Source: Podarcis tiliguerta (lineage: Eukaryota). Taken from it: a stretch of 64,000 bases of DNA. Location: the NCBI GenBank assembly GCA_965153285.1, contig OZ229113.1, one strand, 5' to 3'. The position numbers and the translations under genes are program-made. Each line of letters starts with the position of its first letter. Position 1 is the first letter of the stretch. Below are positions 56,356-64,000 of this stretch, in pieces. The notes beneath the pieces are model-generated. The model searched no databases. It was not told the origin of the DNA and worked only from the letters and a program-made list of their open reading frames with translations.

Positions 56356-57986
56356 CTTTTTAAAAAAGGAAGAGAATAGTCATTCAACCTGATTAATTGA
56401 AAATACTTCAAGTAGTAAAGAATTTCTAATCTTATCTCACATTGTAAGTTAGCAGGCTCTCAGCCTTAAACACCAGAATAGATTTGATATTGCTGTTGTA
56501 AATTTAATGTCAATTTAAACCATACCTCCTTAAAACGTACTTTGGTTTTACTTAAAGCATGTGACATTATGGACAAAGGCCTCAATTTAGTGCTGTCTTC
56601 CAATATGCTTAATATTTGCATTCAAAAATACAGTAGACTACAACCCAAATTCCCCTTTCCTCAAACGTAACTACTTGTGCCAATGCTTTTAAAAATAAAA
56701 TGGAACTTAAGCTTACACTGTAGCCTTCCTGTAGTTTTACTGAAGCTGTCAAGAAAAAAGGGCCTAAGCCTTAGGATTGTCCAAGCGGTATATACAACCA
56801 ATGTAAAAAATACCGCTGCTGAATATTTTCATGTACTCATGAAAATGAATTTTGTTTGCGGAAGGGGGGGTTAATAAGAAAATCCATTTATATCTAAGAA
56901 TCCCCTTTTTCAACTTAAGATGGATGCACATCATCTCGCGCGGCCTTCAGACAGAGCCATTAGCAGTTGTACAAGGCAGGCTCGCTCGGCCGGGTGGGCC
57001 TTCGGGGAAAGCGCTCCCTCCTCCCCGCCCCACAAGCGGGCCTGGCGAAGACGGAGCGCCGCCCCCCCCCCGCCCGGGTTTACTGCCGGAGCGACACAAG
57101 CAGCGGCGCTCGGCTTTCACTGGCGGCCGCTAATCCGGCCGCGTCACGTGGCTCCTTCCTCTTTCCCCTTCCCGGCCGGCTTCGTGACCTACTTCGGGAG
57201 CCGGCTCTAGCGCAGCGCCACCCCGCCCCGAACCGGGCAGAGGGAAGGCGCAACTTCATTTTAAACAGGCTTCCGAGAAGCCAAGACGAGAGGAAGACTC
57301 GGCCTTAGAGGCCTGCCCTTCCTCCCCACCTCGTGGGCCTCGAGGACAAAGGAGTCGGGGGCGCGCGCGCGCGCGTGAGGGAGAGCGGGAGGAGCAGCAG
57401 CAGCAGCACCAGAGCCATTGTGGCTCCCACTCCCCCCTCCTCCTCCCCTTCCCCAGACAGAGGGAGCCGCGCACGCGCCTCCGCCGCCTCTTTCTCTCCC
57501 CCCCCCTCGCTTCGTCACACGCACAATGGCCGCCGTTGTCCCCCACCCGCTGCAGTTCCCTGCCGCCGCCGCTAGGGGGCCCGGCAGATGTAAGCATTCG
57601 CCAGCGACGCACAAAGCCCCCACAGCAGGCCTCAAAGGGCCCGGCGGCGCTTCACCCGAGCTACCCTCCGCTCTCCGCCGCTCCGCTCCCTTCCCTCCTT
57701 CGCGGGGCCTCCGCTCGCCTCGCTGCGCTCCCTTTCTCGAGGGGGGCTCGGGGCTTCGCGGAGGCGCCAATGGGGCGAACCCCACAAAAGGAACTGCGTC
57801 ACAGTGAAATGCGCCACCAGGAGAGCGGCGTGAGGAGGATGCGGGGGGGGGCGAGAATAAAAGGAGTAAAGGGGCGAACTAGGATCGATTCAATGAGTCC
57901 GGAGGGCCCCCGAAAACAGGCCGAGGAGCGGGGGGGGGGATACGCCTCGGTCCCCCAGGCCCACCCGCCATCCCGCCCCCGTTTAC

Positions 57987-58031
57987 CTGCTGATCTAGAC
58001 CGAGGGCATTTTCCACTGCCACATGACTCAT
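57987..58031 (-). CDS. DDX3X: DDX3X exon 1 coding part (NES)
   Basis: MSHVAVENALGLDQQ then gtaaac donor; 45 nt. Confidence 0.97.
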
Positions 58032-58149
58032 AACGAGAGATCGTGTCGGGAGGTCCCGCTCCGCGTAGAGAAATTCGGATTCACTAGACGTAGAACTAGC
58101 CTGGGCCGCTATCGCTTTCGCCACTACTTCGCCTCGGAATCGCGTCTCT

Positions 58150-58200
58150 AACTGAAACCCCCCCAGTTCGGCCCGGGCCTTTATATATTCCTCCGCCCCC
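58150..58200 (-). promoter_or_regulatory. DDX3X: DDX3X core promoter: GC box, TATA box, Inr
   Basis: On -: GGGGCGGAG (58199-58191), TATATAAA (58187-58180), Inr-like TCAGTT with A at 58153, about 32-34 nt downstream of the TATA. Confidence 0.75.
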
Positions 58201-60829
58201 TCGCAGGCGCCGTGCTGACTTCAGCGCGCAAACCACGCCCCTTCTTCCTCCTCTCGATCCCCTCCCCCCACCTCTGCTTGCAGCAAAAGGTATCGCGGGG
58301 AGAACTCTCCGCTCCGCATAAAGAGGTGGGGGGAGGGCGAAGAAATCCCAAGGCTACCGCGAGAACTAGGCAGGCTGCGGACTCCTCCCGATTCAGGAGG
58401 ATCTAGGTGTTATCGCGAGGTTTCTTCACACAATGTTTACAGCGCTGCTCGCGCGAGATCTCTACCCCTCCCTGGTTTGCCTTCCCCTCCCTCCCGTTTC
58501 GTTTCGTAAAGACTCTGGTGAGTCACCCCCCCTCCTCGTTTTCTTCGAGATCTCGCGAGATTTCTGTCCAAATGAAATAAGGCTCTGGGAACAGAGCGGT
58601 TCTCTCTAGGTCACGTGGGCATTTCCGCTCGGTCCTGCCGCCATCTTAGGCTGTATGCGGCTGCTGAAGTGGCGCAGCCTTCGGGTGGGGGTGGGGGTAT
58701 AGTGTGAGGGGCCCAAAGTGGAGAGCCGAGGCCATCTATTTCCCGAGGATTGCGAGAAGCAGCACGAGAGTTGGCGGTAACGTCAGAGTGGCGTTGCGCG
58801 ACTCGCTTCTGCCTTGTGTGTGACCTAGGAGGGGTCGCCTGGCAACCAGCAGCGCAGCCAGCAGTCCCTCCCGACGCCCCGTAACCCCTGAACAATAAGG
58901 AGGCGATGGCCTCCTGGCGGAGTTCCCCTTCTTGCACCTTTCCCGCCCCCTTCCCTCTGGCGCCTAATGCCGTTGCTTCGCTTGGTCACAAAAAACCCTC
59001 TGCAGAGAAAGGATGCATAGCGATGACCTTGTCTGGGCCTCTCGCATCATTTGCCCACGGAAAATGCTGCCTTCCATTGCAAGGAGGAGTTTGGCTTCCG
59101 CCGTCTTAAGTGCGGGAGGCTTTGACCCCAGAGGTCAAGGGCTGAGAGGCCGCCCAGTATTTTTAGCTCTTCAGGACGCTTCTCCAGAATGCCGGTCGCC
59201 TTGGACGCATTTTGACAAAGGAGCAGTTCTCATAGTAGCCTCCCCCCCCCCTAACTTCATCCTCTATTCACCTGAGGAAAAGCAATTTGACATTGTTGGT
59301 TTGCTTCAGTAGATCTTTGTATACTCAAAAAGTTTGTTTCTCCCTGTGCATACATGCTAACTTCACATTTGCACTATCTGACACAGTATGATCTTAGGCA
59401 CATTTATTTTAGTAAGTCCCATCAAAATAAAATAGTGCTGCAAGTGCCGCTTGTTCTGAGGCAAATGTGTGTATTCATATGAGTTGTGTATTAGATAGGA
59501 CCAATTTATTCCTTCAAGAGACAGAAAGTATCCTATCTCGCAGTGCTTGTAAATTCACTTGGCAATATATATTTACAACTCAAGTTGCAAAGCCCCTTTT
59601 TTGCTGAAGAAACTACAAAATAATTAAATTTCTCAACACTAAAAAAACTGGGTTTACCAGTATATGCATCATATGTGCATCAGGGCCACTTATGTGAACT
59701 TTTCCGCTCCTAGCATTAAGGGTGCAATTCTATATACACTTTACTGGAAGTTAAAGAAACAATTGTGGTTTGGTTTGGTTCATGGGTTATTCTAAAAGTG
59801 AATGTCTTGTGAAAGAGTTGCTAATTTCCTGTGATGCATCTCATGTAGTCTGAATGAACATTGTGGAATATTTCGAGGGGAGGAGGTGTGCCACTCCATC
59901 CTGAGATTGCCCAAGCATCAGTTCATCCTCTTAAACCATAGAGCCCTGAGATGCAGGGAAATTAGCCTTCTGACAGTTATCCACTGGATGGAGGAAGAAA
60001 GGCGTGGATAAAGATAATAATAAAGGCTTTATTGCTGTTTTGGGGGACCAGAAGGAGCACTGTAAGTGGCTCAACAGCAGCAGCTGGTAAATGTCTATCT
60101 CTGCAGACACACATACAAAACCTACCGCCTGAACAAAGGAAGTAACAATGCTTGTATAACTAAGCATGGTGCTCTCCATGTTGTTTTAAAGCTGGCTTCC
60201 ACAAAAGCTATAAATTATGCAAATTGATATGTGAATTCTGTGCATGTTTTCCTGAGAATAAGTCCATTGAACAAAGTAGGGCTTGCTTCTGAATCTACAT
60301 GCATACAATTAACATTTGCTGGTCATGGAGAAGGACAAGAAATTATGCCCTAGGAGCACTGAAAACTTTATTTGGAAATTCTCTGGTTTCTGAGAGTTCA
60401 TTAAGAACTGCAGTATACTTTCAAGCCCAACTACAAACTTGCTTTTTTTTAAAAAAGAGAGAGAAAGCTGAAATGCCCAGGATACTGCCCTTTCTGTTCA
60501 GTATCATGACCAGCATCCTTCCACAGTACTGTAGGATACACACAGCCTTTCTTAAAGTCCATGTTCCTAGGGTCACACACAAGCATGAAAAATGTAGCAT
60601 TGCCAGGATTCTGCCATTTAGCTAAGCAGAAGTGTCTATTTTCATCTGTTATGGATGGTCCTTTGTATGTTAGCAAAGTGAGGCAAGGACAACAAATTCT
60701 CCCTGTTGTTTTCTGTCTGCTAGCAGGACCTGGAGCTAGTCCTCTGCCTGTGGATGACATCCAGTGCGTTTGCGTTTGTCCCTGCCTTCTAATTTGTTGG
60801 CTCTATTATACCAATTAAGTACTGACAGT

Positions 60830-61530
60830 TAGTTGCATATGTACCTTAAAAAAGAAACAGCTAATAATGCCCACTCACAGCACAAAGAGCTCATAACGCA
60901 CCTACTCTCAGCAGCCAGAAGCATCATAGCCAGACACTGGAGAGACCTGTCAGGAGCAAGCATAGACCAATGGTGTCAAATAGTATGGGAAACAGCCTTA
61001 TTAGAAAAACTAACCAACAAACTGAAACTGACATGGGGACAAATAGAAGAAGACGCCTTCACCCTGGGACGGTTACCCTTTATCACATACACAGCCCAAC
61101 AAGAACCTGCCAACAGCATTAGAATCAATCTGGCTAACCTGATCCAAAAACACCCACCCAGCCCACTCACACATGAAAACAATTTTCACTACAGCCAAAG
61201 ACAACCAACCACACCCTAGCCTAGGCCACCCCAACCTCTCTCATCACCAAAGAAATACATGCAATTAGTAAAGAGAACCCACATAAGTGGCACACATACA
61301 CAAAACAGGAATACAGTAGAAGCATTGCCACCCAACCCACACACACCCTTTACCATCCCCCCTCCACCTGTTTCCCCCTTTTCTTCCTAATGTAATACTG
61401 TATCAATGTCTCAACAAATGAAACTGATCTGTAGAAAATGTAACTTGAAAAAAGAGGCATTGCACATGCTTTTGTAAACCGGAAAATTTCAATAAAAATA
61501 TATTTTAAAAGATAAAGAATAAAAAGAAGA
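60830..61530 (+). mobile_element. L1/Tx1-like LINE 3' fragment
   Basis: LLSAARSIIARHWR...W..IV...LLEKL resembles an ORF2 C-terminus; AATAAA at 61491 then A-rich tail. Confidence 0.7.
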
Positions 61531-61625
61531 AGCTGCCCAGTAAGTGTGCAAAAGCATACAAGCAGATTCTCCATGCACACTTTTTAGTGTAGTTTGTGCA
61601 GTTTTCTGGTTTTGTGCTGCCATTC

Positions 61626-61627
<2 letters not shown>

Positions 61628-61672
<45 letters not shown>
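61628..61672. repeat. (GT)n microsatellite
   Basis: Direct observation. Confidence 0.98.
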
Positions 61673-61675
<3 letters not shown>

Positions 61676-61875
61676 AACAGTGTAACAGTATTTATAAACC
61701 TGCCACCACCTAAAAATCCATTTTGGAAGAACCAGAGCAGTTCCTTTTTTAGTGGGCCAAAATTGTTTTAACCGTGCTCAGCCTTTTAAATATGAAGCTT
61801 TGGAGTGCTGTGAGGAAAAAAGGAAGATTTGGATCAGACCCTATCCTACAGCATCTCTGACATCAGACTCGTGGA

Positions 61876-62006
61876 CATGGGCATAGCCAGGATTTTTAGT
61901 GAGAAGCAGGCTTTTTATTAGGGCCTGCCCCCCACTAATGTATTTTTATTGACTGGGGGGGGCAGCAGCCTCTCCCTGCCTCCCCCCCCCCCCAGCTATG
62001 CCCATG
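61876..62006. mobile_element. MITE (CATGGGCATAGC / GCTATGCCCATG ends)
   Basis: 12-bp TIR, degenerate 8-bp TSD; same family as 20879-21232. Confidence 0.75.
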
Positions 62007-62826
62007 GTCATGGACCTGAAGGTGTATGACTTAAGTTGTTCCAAATGAGGGACTTTTGGGTGGGGAGAGTAGAGGTGTGCAAACGTATTTTGTCTCCTTT
62101 ATTATTTCTTGTGTTGAATAAGGAACTGTGTGAGAGAGAAATCACATTCCAAATCAGCCCACACAAAAGGCACATGAATAGGAAATGGGTCAAATCAAAG
62201 ACAGGCCACAACAGATAAAATAGCATTGAAAACGGAGATCGCTTCCACTGCTGCTGGATATCTTGGAAGCTGCAGGAGTACAACTCCCATCATCCCTGAA
62301 CACTGGACAGGCTCTTGTGGGAATCTCTCAACACCTGCCAATAATAACTGATAGCCATCTATGTTGGTTAATATATTGCTATGGTAAAGACCTTGGGTTG
62401 TTTTGCAGTCAGTTCCCTTACTTTAGGGATCATGCTGCACAACGGAAGACCCTCAAGGCCAAACCAGAACCTTTTCTGCAGAGTTGTCCTTCCTTACCAT
62501 CTGCTGCTCACAAACCAGAGGCAAGAGAAAGGTGTGGAAAAGCTGCTGACTGTGAAAACAGATATTTCTCATAGTCCATGCGGTTGGATGTGGAAGGGGG
62601 CTTAGCCCACCATCCTCCAGGCCCTCCTCAATGCAGCCGTCTCATATGACCATGTGCTGATGGTGAGAGCACATACATGCAAGCAGCTGCAGTCGTATTT
62701 CTTAGCTCTTCACTCACTTCCTCCAGTTTGCAGGGACCGATTTTGGTCATATGGCATTCTGAGCATGGACCAAATTTGATTCCTTCCCCCCCCCCCCAAA
62801 AAAAAACCTTCTTATTTTCACAATAA

Positions 62827-62872
<46 letters not shown>
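62827..62872. repeat. (TTAC)n microsatellite
   Basis: Direct observation. Confidence 0.97.
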
Positions 62873-62873
<1 letters not shown>

Positions 62874-63480
62874 TTGTTATTCTTTTGTGCCCCCTTGGCT
62901 TGGCACCCACACCACCCTGCATCTGGCCATGGTTTCCCTCTGCATGTTCATGAAATGCCATGATTGCTTGTGCTTGTGATTCGCATAGCCTGACTGTGTG
63001 AATCAGTCCTCAGATTCAACTTCCTGGTTTGCTTGTTCTCCCAGCTAAACAGATACCTAGAAAACTGCCAGGGCAAAGTGTTCTAGATGAAGTGGAGTGA
63101 CCTGTTATTCTGAAACAATTATATTTTCCAAGAGAGTTTCATTCAGTAGCCGCCGCATGGAATGTTGCTGAGCACCAGGAGACTTCAGACTGATGTAGGA
63201 TGGAGCATGGGATGTGAGGTTAAAAAGGAATGCTCTGATAATTTGGCAAAAAAGAAGAAGGGTGGAGCAGGCTGCTACAAGTATGCTAGTTATCATTTCC
63301 TCCTCTCATATGATACGATGCTAAATGTATCTTTGCATTTAGCCTGCAGGGTTGTTGCTTTTAAAATGAAAATATCAACCAACTGGGGCATGTGATAATG
63401 ATCAGGGTCATTGCAGGCATGGAAGGAGAAATTAATTATTTCCTCTGCTACTGTGAAAGCTGCTCTTGGAAATGCAGGGA

Positions 63481-63728
63481 CGGGTAAGCAAACTTTTTCA
63501 GCAGGGGGCCGGTCCACTGTCCCTCAGACCTTGTGGGGGCCCAGACTATATTTTGGGAGGGGGAATGAATGAATTCCTGTGTCCCACAAATAACCCAGGG
63601 ATGCATTTTAAATAAAAGCACACATTTTACTCATGTAAAAACACGCTGATTCCCAGACCGTCCATGAGCCGGATTTAGAAGGTGATTGGGCCAGATCCAG
63701 CCCCCGGGCCTTAGTTTGCCGACCCATG
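63481..63728. mobile_element. hAT-Charlie-type MITE
   Basis: TIR gggt..gcaaact / agtttgccgaccc; TSD tgcaggga/tgcagaga. Confidence 0.75.
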
Positions 63729-64000
63729 TGCAGAGACATAGGAAGCTGCTTGACAGCTACCTGGAGTCAGACCACTGGTCCATTCAGCTTAGTACTGTAC
63801 ACACTGTCTGGCAGCAGCTCTCCAGGGTTTTAAGAGAGGAGACTTTCCTACTTAGGGCTGCCATGCACCCGGATTTTCCCAGACATTCCCAGGATTTCAA
63901 AGGCGGAATAGAAATTCCAGGGGGAATTTCCGAGAGGAGGCACTTTGTCCTGGACCTTAGGCAAGTCAATCAAAAAAGTGCTCTTTTTTCCGCATTTTGG

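Larger units (their letters stand above)
56930..59250. promoter_or_regulatory. DDX3X: CpG island over the DDX3X promoter, exon 1 and start of intron 1
   Basis: Abrupt rise in GC and CpG density against the AT-rich, CpG-poor background. Confidence 0.9.

Noticed and set aside
56850-59320. Many overlapping Pro/Arg/Gly-rich ORFs up to 174 aa
   Set aside because: Expected stop-codon depletion in a CpG island; only 57987-58031 matches a known protein
62827-62872. (GTAA)n on - resembling tandem splice donors
   Set aside because: Ordinary tetranucleotide microsatellite upstream of the DDX3X promoter, outside any supported transcript

Overview
Vertebrate genomic DNA, most likely a squamate reptile (lacertid-like lizard, inferred from Bov-B tails, tRNA-headed CR1-tailed SINEs, Penelope and hAT MITEs). 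It carries the block syntenic to human Xp11.4: the 3' end of CASK on + (HOOK/guanylate-kinase exons, stop at 14928), the whole NYX (nyctalopin) gene on - (474 aa), and the whole DDX3X DEAD-box helicase gene on - (17 core coding exons, 672 aa) with a CpG-island/TATA promoter at ~57-59 kb. Almost all other ORFs in the track are noise or transposon debris. The most interesting signals concern splicing. DDX3X intron 3 (7 kb) holds two extra in-frame exons for the N-terminal disordered region, several stop-containing (poison/terminal) exon candidates and two AG|GT dual or recursive splice sites. DDX3X also has two consecutive GC-AG introns, and CASK has a candidate 27-nt microexon in the GK domain. 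All five N-runs fall inside the DDX3X 3'UTR and look like masking rather than true gaps. No prokaryote-type systems, CRISPR arrays, rRNA or functional tRNA genes were found.
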